This document shows, piece by piece, positions 18,938 to 26,201 of a DNA stretch of 64,000 nucleotides. The notes under the pieces were generated by a model, which was given only the letters and a program-made list of their open reading frames with translations, was not told where the DNA came from and did not search any database. The position numbers and the translations under genes were made by a program. This stretch comes from Desulfuromonadales bacterium (GTDB lineage Bacteria > Desulfobacterota > Desulfuromonadia > Desulfuromonadales > JACZKF01). Where the stretch lies: positions 2,143-66,142 of the forward strand of contig JBJHBH010000008.1 of the NCBI GenBank assembly GCA_050485365.1. The letters run 5' to 3'. Numbering within the stretch: the stretch's first letter is position 1; each line of letters opens with the position of its first letter.

Positions 18938-19831
18938 TCATGGGGCAGCCAAGGGGCTCATCCGCACCAGCCCCAGGGCGGCCTGCTCGGCGTCGTTTCG
19001 GACGGCGGGGCTGAGCCTGCGCACCCAGCGCGCGGGGAGGGCGTCGAGGCCGTAGAAGGCGCCGGCGATCATCCCGGCGATGGCGCCGGTGGTGTCGGCA
19101 TCCCCCCCCTGGTTGACGACGCCGACGAGGCACTCTTCGAAGTCGCCCGTGGTGAAGAGATAGTTGAAGACCGTCTGCAGCGTATCGACCACGTAGGCGG
19201 TGGCGTTGCCGCGGTAGGCGTTGAAGCGGAAGGAGGGGTGCTTCGCCGTCAGCTCGCGGGTGAGGGCGTGCAGGGCGAAGCGGTCGGCGCCCAGAATCGC
19301 CTGCTGCACCATGCGCCCGACGCAGAGGCAGGCGGCGTCGGAGAGGGGGTGGTTGTGGGTGAGGCGCGCCTGCGCCAGGGCGCAGCGCTCAAGCATCGCC
19401 TCGTCCCCCAGGGTGAGCAGGGCGACTGGGGCCATGCGCATGACGGCGCCGTTGCCGGCGTCCCACTCGTTGAAGGGGACTTCAAGGCGCCCCGAGACGA
19501 TATAGCCGCGGATCCCCCGAAGGCAGGTGGCGCCGACGTCGGGGGGATTGCTCTTGAGCCACGCTGCGAGCTCCTCGGCGACGGCCGTCAGGTTCCACCC
19601 TCCGCATCGCAGCGCCGCCCGCGCGATGCACAGCGCCATCTGCGTATCGTCGGTCACCTCCCCCGCCTTCAGGCCGAGCCAGCCGCCCCCGACGATTTTG
19701 CGATGAACCTTGTGCTTCGCCCGGATCTCCCCCGGCGTCATGAACTCCGTCGTCGCTCCCAGAGCGTCGCCGAGGGCCATCCCCAGAAACGCCGCCAGAG
19801 CACGCTGCTCAATGTCCGTGCGTGAGATCAT
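18938..19831 (-). CDS. draG: ADP-ribosyl-[dinitrogen reductase] glycohydrolase
   Basis: GDALGATTEF, VTDDTQM, AGNGAVMR and GGDADTTGAIAG motifs. Adjacent to draT. Confidence 0.9.
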   Translation of the reverse strand: MISRTDIEQRALAAFLGMALGDALGATTEFMTPGEIRAKHKVHRKIVGGGWLGLKAGEVTDDTQMALCIARAALRCGGWNLTAVAEELAAWLKSNPPDVGATCLRGIRGYIVSGRLEVPFNEWDAGNGAVMRMAPVALLTLGDEAMLERCALAQARLTHNHPLSDAACLCVGRMVQQAILGADRFALHALTRELTAKHPSFRFNAYRGNATAYVVDTLQTVFNYLFTTGDFEECLVGVVNQGGDADTTGAIAGMIAGAFYGLDALPARWVRRLSPAVRNDAEQAALGLVRMSPLAAP

Positions 19832-19837
19832 AAGAGA

Positions 19838-19882
19838 TTCAATTCAAAATTAAAAATTCAACATTCACAATTGCCTTTCTCA
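19838..19882. repeat. AT-rich heptamer repeats (ATTCAAA/ATTCAAC/ATTCACA) between draT and draG
   Basis: Tandem 7-mers. Shares the 20-mer ATTCACAATTGCCTTTCTCA with 20734-20753. Confidence 0.7.
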
Positions 19883-20668
19883 TCCTCCGATCATCACCTC
19901 CACCTCGTACTCCCCGCCGATCACCAGAACCTCCTCCTCTCCCTTGAGCAGGGGCGAGGGGAGGATGTCGCTGCAAAAGAAGATCTTGAACAGGGGAACC
20001 TCGGCCTTCAGGACGCGGGAGCCGAACTCCCAGGCGCGCTCGAAGTCGGTGGTGAAGGAGTTGAGGTTGTTCAGGCGCAGCAGGTATCGCCGCCCCTGGC
20101 GCTCCAGAATCCGATGCTCGTCGAAATTGTGGATTCCGCGGTACAGGGAGAGGTGCGACAGGCCGGGGTGGCGCCGGGCGAGCTCGCTCTGGACGAACTC
20201 GAAGAGGAGATCGAGCTGGAAGTGCAGGGCGCTGGTGCGCTCGGCCCCCTTCATCCGGTCGACGGTGTAGAGAAAGTAAGCCTCGGAGTGGATGTCGTCG
20301 ATCGTCTCACGATGAAAGGTCGGAGCGATCCCGAAGCGGCTCTCCACCCACCCTTTTAGAACCGCCCCCTCCAGGGAGTTGGCGTCGAACATCCACCCCC
20401 GCAAAAACCGCAGGTAGCTCTTTTTCAGGCTCTTTCGCCCCCGCTCCGACGTCTCGCGCTCCCACTGGTGGAGCTGAAAGGTGACGTCCATGTAGTCGTG
20501 AAAGAGCGCCGCGCGCTCGGTTGGATCGGCAAGCCCTTGCAGACGATGGAAAAGAAGGCTGTGCGTCCGGCGCACCCCTTGGATCTCCAGAGCCTTGGGG
20601 TGGCTCTGGTAGTGCCGCGATGCGATGACCCAGGGGGGGAGGGTGCAGAGATTGAAAGGAGAAGACAT
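19880..20668 (-). CDS. draT: NAD+:dinitrogen reductase ADP-ribosyltransferase
   Basis: SYLRFLRGWMFDANS.EGAVLKGWVESRFG, LYRG, NNLNSFT and GEEEVLVIGG motifs. Confidence 0.92.
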   Translation of the reverse strand: MSSPFNLCTLPPWVIASRHYQSHPKALEIQGVRRTHSLLFHRLQGLADPTERAALFHDYMDVTFQLHQWERETSERGRKSLKKSYLRFLRGWMFDANSLEGAVLKGWVESRFGIAPTFHRETIDDIHSEAYFLYTVDRMKGAERTSALHFQLDLLFEFVQSELARRHPGLSHLSLYRGIHNFDEHRILERQGRRYLLRLNNLNSFTTDFERAWEFGSRVLKAEVPLFKIFFCSDILPSPLLKGEEEVLVIGGEYEVEVMIGG

Positions 20669-20677
20669 AGGGAGACC

Positions 20678-20753
20678 AATTTTGAATGTTGAATTTTGAA
20701 TTGAAATCAAAGGCCTTAAGCCCTTAATTCAAAATTCACAATTGCCTTTCTCA
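20678..20753. repeat. Inverted AT-rich heptamer repeats between the ANTAR regulator and draT
   Basis: TTTTGAATGTTGAATTTTGAATT ... AATTCAAAATTCACAATT can form a long hairpin. Confidence 0.7.
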
Positions 20754-21314
20754 GCTTTCCATCAACAGGATCGCTTCGGCCACCTCCTTGAGGCTTTTGC
20801 GCTTGTCCATGGCGATCTTCTGCATCTTGCGGTAGGCCTCGGGCTCGCTCATCCCCTTTTTGATGAGGGTCCCCTTGGCCTTCTCGATGACCTTTCGGAC
20901 TTCGATCGTCTCCTTGAGGCGGTTCACTTCGTCGCGAAGGGTGGATGCCTGCATGAAGTGGTGGATGGCCAGGTCGACGGCGGGGTGAAGCTGCTCCTCC
21001 CGGAACGGTTTGACGACATAGCTCATGACGCCGGCAAGGCGCGCCCGCTTCACGTTTCGCGCGTCGGTGGTCCCGGTCAGCAGGACGATGGGGGTCGGCG
21101 CATCTTTGCCTATTTTTTCAGCGGCGCTGATGCCGTCGAGGACAGGCATGGTGACGTCCATGACGATGAGAAGGGGGGTGCGCACCAGGGCGAGATCGAC
21201 CGCCTCTTTGCCGTTCGCGGCTTCGAGAATCTCCTCGAAGCCGTAGGCGCAGAGGGCTTCGGCGACCTGGCGGCGGATCAACGGTTCGTCGTCGACGACG
21301 AGTGCGGTTCGCAT
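20751..21314 (-). CDS. Receiver-ANTAR response regulator (GnfR/NasT-like antiterminator)
   Basis: Receiver domain (VVDD, MDVTMP, KPF) plus ANTAR domain RKVIEKAKG..SEPEAYRKMQKIAM. Confidence 0.9.
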   Translation of the reverse strand: MRTALVVDDEPLIRRQVAEALCAYGFEEILEAANGKEAVDLALVRTPLLIVMDVTMPVLDGISAAEKIGKDAPTPIVLLTGTTDARNVKRARLAGVMSYVVKPFREEQLHPAVDLAIHHFMQASTLRDEVNRLKETIEVRKVIEKAKGTLIKKGMSEPEAYRKMQKIAMDKRKSLKEVAEAILLMES

Positions 21315-21364
21315 CGGAAGGTACCTCCTGGTCTGGTGAGGGTTCGCTGCTATGGTCTGTGCTC

Positions 21365-21380
21365 TGCATAAGGAGTGCCG
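21365..21380 (-). promoter_or_regulatory. Putative sigma54 promoter of the ANTAR regulator-draTG unit
   Basis: CGGCACTCCTTATGCA, with GG-N10-GC spacing, about 50 bp upstream of the start. Confidence 0.65.
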
Positions 21381-21479
21381 TCTCGGGGCCGCCGTTTAGC
21401 TCTTGACATGGTACATTCGTCGCCCCATAGTGAAAAACGTCGTTATATTGAAGGGGGACGCGTTCCTCAAAGGGGCACC

Positions 21480-21821
21480 ATGCACGAGCTCGGCATCACC
21501 CGCAGCATCGTTGAAATCGCCGAAGAGCACGCCCGGCGCGAGGGGGCGGCCAAGGTCCTCTCGGTGACCGTCGCCATCGGCGAGCTCTCCGGCGTCGTCC
21601 CCGAGGCGGTGGAATTCTGCTTCGAGGCGTGCACCCGCGGCACCTTCATGGAAGGGGCGCGCCTCATCGTCTCGCGCGTCCCCGGACGCGGACGCTGCGG
21701 CGACTGCGGCGCCGAGGTCCCCGTCGAGGTTCAAACCTTCGCGTGCCCCGACTGCGGCGCCTTCGCTTTGGAGAGGGTGCAGGGGGAGGAGCTTCGCATC
21801 ATCGAACTGGAGGTCGACTGA
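21480..21821 (+). CDS. hypA: Hydrogenase nickel metallochaperone HypA
   Basis: MHELGI start and two CxxC motifs. Confidence 0.95.
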   Translation: MHELGITRSIVEIAEEHARREGAAKVLSVTVAIGELSGVVPEAVEFCFEACTRGTFMEGARLIVSRVPGRGRCGDCGAEVPVEVQTFACPDCGAFALERVQGEELRIIELEVD

Positions 21822-21826
21822 AAGTT

Positions 21827-22603
21827 ATGTGCATCGATTGCGGCTGCCCCAATCCCGACGGGGAACACGGGCATCACCACCATCACGACGCGGGTCACGG
21901 CCATTCCCACGACCACGAGGGGCGCACCCTGCGCATCGAGGAGGACCTGCTCGCCAAGAACGACCGGTACGCCGCGGCCAACCGGGCGCTCTTTCGCGAA
22001 AAGGGGATCTTCGTCCTGAACCTCGTCAGTTCGCCCGGGTCGGGGAAGACGACGTTGCTGGAGCGCACCCTCACCGCCCTGAAGGATCGGGTGCGCTTCG
22101 CCGTCCTCGAGGGGGACCAGCAGACCTCCAACGACGCCGAGCGCATCGCCGCCACCGGGGTGCCGGTGCGCCAGATCAACACCGGCGCGGGGTGCCACCT
22201 CGACGCCCACATGGTCGGCCACGGCGTCGAGGCCTTCGACCTGGAGGCGACGGACATCCTCATGATCGAGAACGTCGGCAACCTCGTCTGCCCCGCCTCC
22301 TTCGACCTGGGCGAAGCCCACAAGGTCGCCCTCCTCTCGGTCACCGAAGGGGAGGACAAGCCCCTCAAATACCCCCACATGTTCCGCGCCGCCGACCTGA
22401 TGATCGTCAACAAGACCGACCTCCTGCCCTACCTGCGCTTCGATGTCGAGAAGTGCAAAGCCTACGCCCGGCAGGTTCACCCCGGCATCGAGATCATCGA
22501 GCTCTCCTGTGAGTCGGGCGAGGGGATGGAGCGCTGGTATGCGTGGCTGTTGGCAAATGCGAAGGGTGCGCGGGACGCGGAACGAGGGGCGCGGAGGGCC
22601 TGA
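21827..22603 (+). CDS. hypB: Hydrogenase nickel incorporation GTPase HypB
   Basis: MCIDCGC, His-rich region, GSGKTT, CHLDA, ENVGNLVCP and NKTD motifs. Confidence 0.95.
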   Translation: MCIDCGCPNPDGEHGHHHHHDAGHGHSHDHEGRTLRIEEDLLAKNDRYAAANRALFREKGIFVLNLVSSPGSGKTTLLERTLTALKDRVRFAVLEGDQQTSNDAERIAATGVPVRQINTGAGCHLDAHMVGHGVEAFDLEATDILMIENVGNLVCPASFDLGEAHKVALLSVTEGEDKPLKYPHMFRAADLMIVNKTDLLPYLRFDVEKCKAYARQVHPGIEIIELSCESGEGMERWYAWLLANAKGARDAERGARRA

Positions 22604-22683
22604 ACGCCGCCGCACTTGAATTGCGCGTCCCGCACACCGCGATACGCGTCCCTGATTTTGAAGGAGTCGTAACTAGTGGGCAT

Positions 22684-22785
22684 GGGGTCCCAGATCCCAT
22701 TCAAGGGACGCTTTTCGCCGTCCATGGCCGCTTGACTGGCGCCGTCCATGGCGCCAGACACCCTTGTCATGTGAGCCGCGACCCC
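22684..22785 (+). repeat. About 100-bp MITE-like palindromic repeat, copy A
   Basis: Imperfect terminal inverted repeats (GGGGTC...CAAGGG / CCCTTG...GACCCC) around two GCCGTCCATGGC units. Further copies occur in the window. Confidence 0.85.
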
Positions 22786-22820
22786 TCACAAGGTTGAATA
22801 AGATACAAGGAGTCTTTTCT

Positions 22821-23051
22821 ATGTGCCTTGGCGTTCCGATGAAAGTGATCAGTATCGAAGACGATGTCGCGGTGTGCGAGATCGATGGGGTGAGGCGCGA
22901 GGCGAGCCTGATGATGGTGGAGGGGGTCGAGGTCGGCGATTTCATCCTCATCCACGCCGGCTTCGCCATCGAGAAGCTCGACGAGGACGACGCCAGGGAG
23001 ACCCTCGAGCTCTTCCGGCAACTCGTCGCGCAAGGGGTCGTCGCCGAATGA
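22821..23051 (+). CDS. hypC: Hydrogenase assembly chaperone HypC
   Basis: MCLGVP start and LIHAGFAI motif. Confidence 0.95.
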   Translation: MCLGVPMKVISIEDDVAVCEIDGVRREASLMMVEGVEVGDFILIHAGFAIEKLDEDDARETLELFRQLVAQGVVAE

Positions 23052-24139
23052 GCTACACGAGCGAATTTCGAAATCCCGAGGTGGCCGCCCGGCTCCTGGC
23101 GAAGATCCGCGAGGCGGTGGCGGGGTACGCGGGCACCATGACGCTGATGGAGGTGTGCGGCACCCACACCATGGCGATCTACCAGCACGGCGTGCGCGCC
23201 CTGCTGCCGGAGCAGATCCGCCTCATCTCCGGGCCGGGGTGCCCGGTGTGCGTCACCCCCATCGACTACGTCGACCACGCCGTCGCCCTGTGCCGCCGCC
23301 CCGGCACCCTCGTCGCCACCTTCGGCGACATGGTGCGCGTCCCCGGCTCGACGAGCAGCCTGCAGCGCGAGAAGGCCCTCGGGGCCGACGTGCGCATCGT
23401 CTACTCTCCCCTGGACGCCGTCGCGCTGGCCCGCAGAAATCCCGAAAAGGAGGTCGTCTTTCTCGGCGTCGGCTTCGAGACGACGACCCCTACCATCGCA
23501 GGCTCCATCCTGCAGGCGAAAAAGGAGGGGCTCGTGAACTACAGCGTGCTGCCCTCCCACAAGACGATCCCCGGGCCGATGGCGGCGCTCACCGCCGACC
23601 CCGAGCTCAAGGTCGACGGCTACATCTGCCCCGCCCACGTCTCGGCCGTCATCGGCGCCGAGGGGTACGAGCCCCTCGCCCGGGAGTGCAGCGTCCCCTG
23701 CGTGGTGACCGGCTTCGAGCCCCTCGACATCCTGCAGGGGGTCGAGATGCTCGCCCGGCAGGTCGTCGCCGGCGAGGCGCGGGTCGAGATCCAGTACAGC
23801 CGGGTGGTGCGGCGCCAAGGAAACGCCAAGGCCCGCGAGATCCTCTACGAGGTCTTCGAACCGTGCGACGCCCTGTGGCGCGGGATCGGGCTGCTGCCCG
23901 GCAGCGGTCTGTGCATTCGGGACGCGTATGCGCACTTCGACGCCGCGCGCCGCCTTCCGGTGGAGGTGGAGGCGCCCAGAGAGCACGGCGGATGCCAGTG
24001 CGGCGAGGTCCTCAAAGGGAAGATCTCCCCCACCGACTGCCCCCTCTTCCGCACCGTCTGCACCCCCGAAAACCCCGCCGGCGCCTGCATGGTCTCGAGC
24101 GAGGGAACGTGCGCGGCGCAGTACAAGTACGGGGAGTGA
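23048..24139 (+). CDS. hypD: Hydrogenase formation protein HypD
   Basis: MEVCGTHT, GPGCPVC, GFETT and CMVSSEGTC motifs. Confidence 0.96.
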   Translation: MSYTSEFRNPEVAARLLAKIREAVAGYAGTMTLMEVCGTHTMAIYQHGVRALLPEQIRLISGPGCPVCVTPIDYVDHAVALCRRPGTLVATFGDMVRVPGSTSSLQREKALGADVRIVYSPLDAVALARRNPEKEVVFLGVGFETTTPTIAGSILQAKKEGLVNYSVLPSHKTIPGPMAALTADPELKVDGYICPAHVSAVIGAEGYEPLARECSVPCVVTGFEPLDILQGVEMLARQVVAGEARVEIQYSRVVRRQGNAKAREILYEVFEPCDALWRGIGLLPGSGLCIRDAYAHFDAARRLPVEVEAPREHGGCQCGEVLKGKISPTDCPLFRTVCTPENPAGACMVSSEGTCAAQYKYGE

Positions 24140-24172
24140 CAATCCTCCGATAATTCGCCTTAACTGTTCGCT

Positions 24173-24284
24173 GAAGGGTCTCGGGGCGCCCGCGCAGAGG
24201 GTGTCTGGCGCCCCGGACGGCGCCAGTCAAGCCCCCAGGGATGGGTTCATGGCGTCCCTCGGAGTGGGGGGCGCGAGACCCTTC
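24173..24284 (-). repeat. About 100-bp MITE-like repeat, diverged inverted copy D
   Basis: Reverse complement contains GCTTGACTGGCGCCGTCC...GGCGCCAGACACCCT, as in copy A. Confidence 0.7.
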
Positions 24285-24329
24285 TTCACGACTGCTGAAC
24301 AGCAACGATTTGCCCTTTTGAGTGAACTC

Positions 24330-25343
24330 ATGACCAACGACATCATCCTTCTTGGCCACGGCAGCGGCGGCAAGCTGAGCCACCAGCTCCTCAACGAGCT
24401 CATCGTTCCGACGCTCTCGGGAATCGAGGCGCGCGACCAGAACGACGCGGCGATCCTCGCGGCGAGCGGGGGGCGCCTCGCCTTCACCACCGACTCGTAC
24501 GTCGTCGACCCGATCTTCTTCCCCGGCGGCGACATCGGCGATCTGGCGGTCAACGGCACCGTCAACGACCTTGCCATGGCCGGGGCGCGCCCGCTGGCCC
24601 TCTCGGTCGGGCTGATTCTGGAAGAGGGGCTCCCCCTGGCCGACCTGCGGCGCGTCATCGAATCGATGCGTGCCGCCGCCGACGCAGCCGGCGTCCGCAT
24701 CGCCACCGGCGACACCAAGGTCGTCCCCCGGGGCAAGGGGGACAAGATTTTCATCAACACCTCGGGGATCGGCGTGATCGAGCACCCCTTCGATCTGCGC
24801 GGCAGCGGCGCGCGCCCCGGCGACAGGGTCCTGATCAACGGTCCCGTCGGCGACCACGGCATGGCGGTCCTCGCCTCGCGCGAGGGGCTCGAGCTCGAAG
24901 CCGACATCCGCACCGACAGCGCCCCGCTGCACACCCTGGTGGAGGCGATCCTGTCGGCGGGGGGAGAGGCGGTGCACGCCCTTCGCGATCCGACCCGCGG
25001 CGGGGTCGCCACCACCCTCAAGGAGATCGCCCTGCAGTCGCAGGTCGAGATCTCCCTTCGGGAGAACGCCATCCCCGTGCGCGAGGCGGTGCGTGGCGCC
25101 TGCGCCATTCTCGGCCTCGATCCCCTCTTCGTCGCCAACGAGGGGAAGCTTCTGGCGGTGGTCGCCCCGGAGGCGGCGGGTGCGGTCCTCGAAGCGATGC
25201 GCCGGCACCCGGCCGGACAAGAGGGGGCGATCATCGGAGAGGTCGTCGGGGCAGGGGAGGGGCGCGTCGTGATGACGACGGCCATCGGCGGGCGCCGCTC
25301 CATCGAGATGCTCTCGGGGGAGCAACTGCCGCGGATCTGCTGA
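24330..25343 (+). CDS. hypE: Hydrogenase maturation protein HypE
   Basis: HGSGGK, TGDTKVV, RDPTRGG and C-terminal PRIC. Confidence 0.96.
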   Translation: MTNDIILLGHGSGGKLSHQLLNELIVPTLSGIEARDQNDAAILAASGGRLAFTTDSYVVDPIFFPGGDIGDLAVNGTVNDLAMAGARPLALSVGLILEEGLPLADLRRVIESMRAAADAAGVRIATGDTKVVPRGKGDKIFINTSGIGVIEHPFDLRGSGARPGDRVLINGPVGDHGMAVLASREGLELEADIRTDSAPLHTLVEAILSAGGEAVHALRDPTRGGVATTLKEIALQSQVEISLRENAIPVREAVRGACAILGLDPLFVANEGKLLAVVAPEAAGAVLEAMRRHPAGQEGAIIGEVVGAGEGRVVMTTAIGGRRSIEMLSGEQLPRIC

Positions 25344-25398
25344 AAAGGGGGAGGCGGGAAAGAAAGTTCAGGATTGGAAGGGCAGGGCTGGATCGGGT

Positions 25399-26074
25399 TC
25401 AACGGCGCTCACTTTTCCTCTTTTCCAACAAAGAGGACTTTTCAATCCCCTCCAATACCTTCAGATCTTCCCGATCCGCCTCCAGTCTCTGCGCCTCCCG
25501 CCGCTTGGCATCGAACTCCTCGTAGCGCCCCAGCGCCAGCCTCTCGGCCACCGCCGCTTGGATGCGTCCGGCATGAGTGAGCACGTCGCGCTCGTTGAAG
25601 GAGAGGAAAGCATCGAGCTTCTGCTCCCACTCTGCCATGGTTATCTGCCTGCGCCGTTTGGCCTGATCCTCTGCATAATCCAGATACATGACGACAATGC
25701 GGTCGAGCGCCTCTATCTCCTCGGCATGCAGGTAGTTTTTGGCAATCGTGACATCCTTCTTGCGCACACGGCTTCCCTCCCAGTTCGTCACTCCCATGTT
25801 GGGGAGCTCGGGGTTGCTGCGTTCGGCGATCAGTTCGGCCGACTTCGCGGCTCCCCTCGATTTGAACTGTCAAGGATTCCTTGACAGTTGCCTCTTCCTC
25901 CAACTCCCCTTCCTCAAGGATATTCTTGGTATGCAGGCTGATGTTCTGCTTGGTCGCCTGGAACAGCTCGGCCATCTCGGCCTGGGTCATCCAAACCGTG
26001 CCGTCCTGCACCCGCAGCTGCATTTCGACATTCCCATCCTCGGTGGTGTAGATGATCAGTTCTCCCTGGGTCAT
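25399..26074 (-). pseudogene. RhuM-family protein, internally deleted and frameshifted
   Basis: N-terminal WMTQAEMAELF..NISLH and C-terminal NMGVTNW..DVTIAKNYL parts lie in different frames and join near 25836-25841. GC is lower than the flanks. Confidence 0.8.
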
Positions 26075-26163
26075 AGCCCCAACTCCTTCAGGCACTTGGC
26101 CATCTGCTGCCGAGCCTCGGCCAGTTCTTATTCAAGGTCCGTCGATCCGTTCCTGCACCGCGG
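26071..26163 (-). pseudogene. C-terminal remnant of a type I R-M methyltransferase (HsdM-like)
   Basis: Reads AVQERIDG(+1)LE*ELAEARQQMAKCLKELGL*, resembling HsdM C-termini as recalled. Stop overlaps the rhuM ATG. Confidence 0.5.
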
Positions 26164-26201
26164 ATCTGCTGAAGCCTGCGCCCGGGCGTGCGCGCGCGGG
26201 C

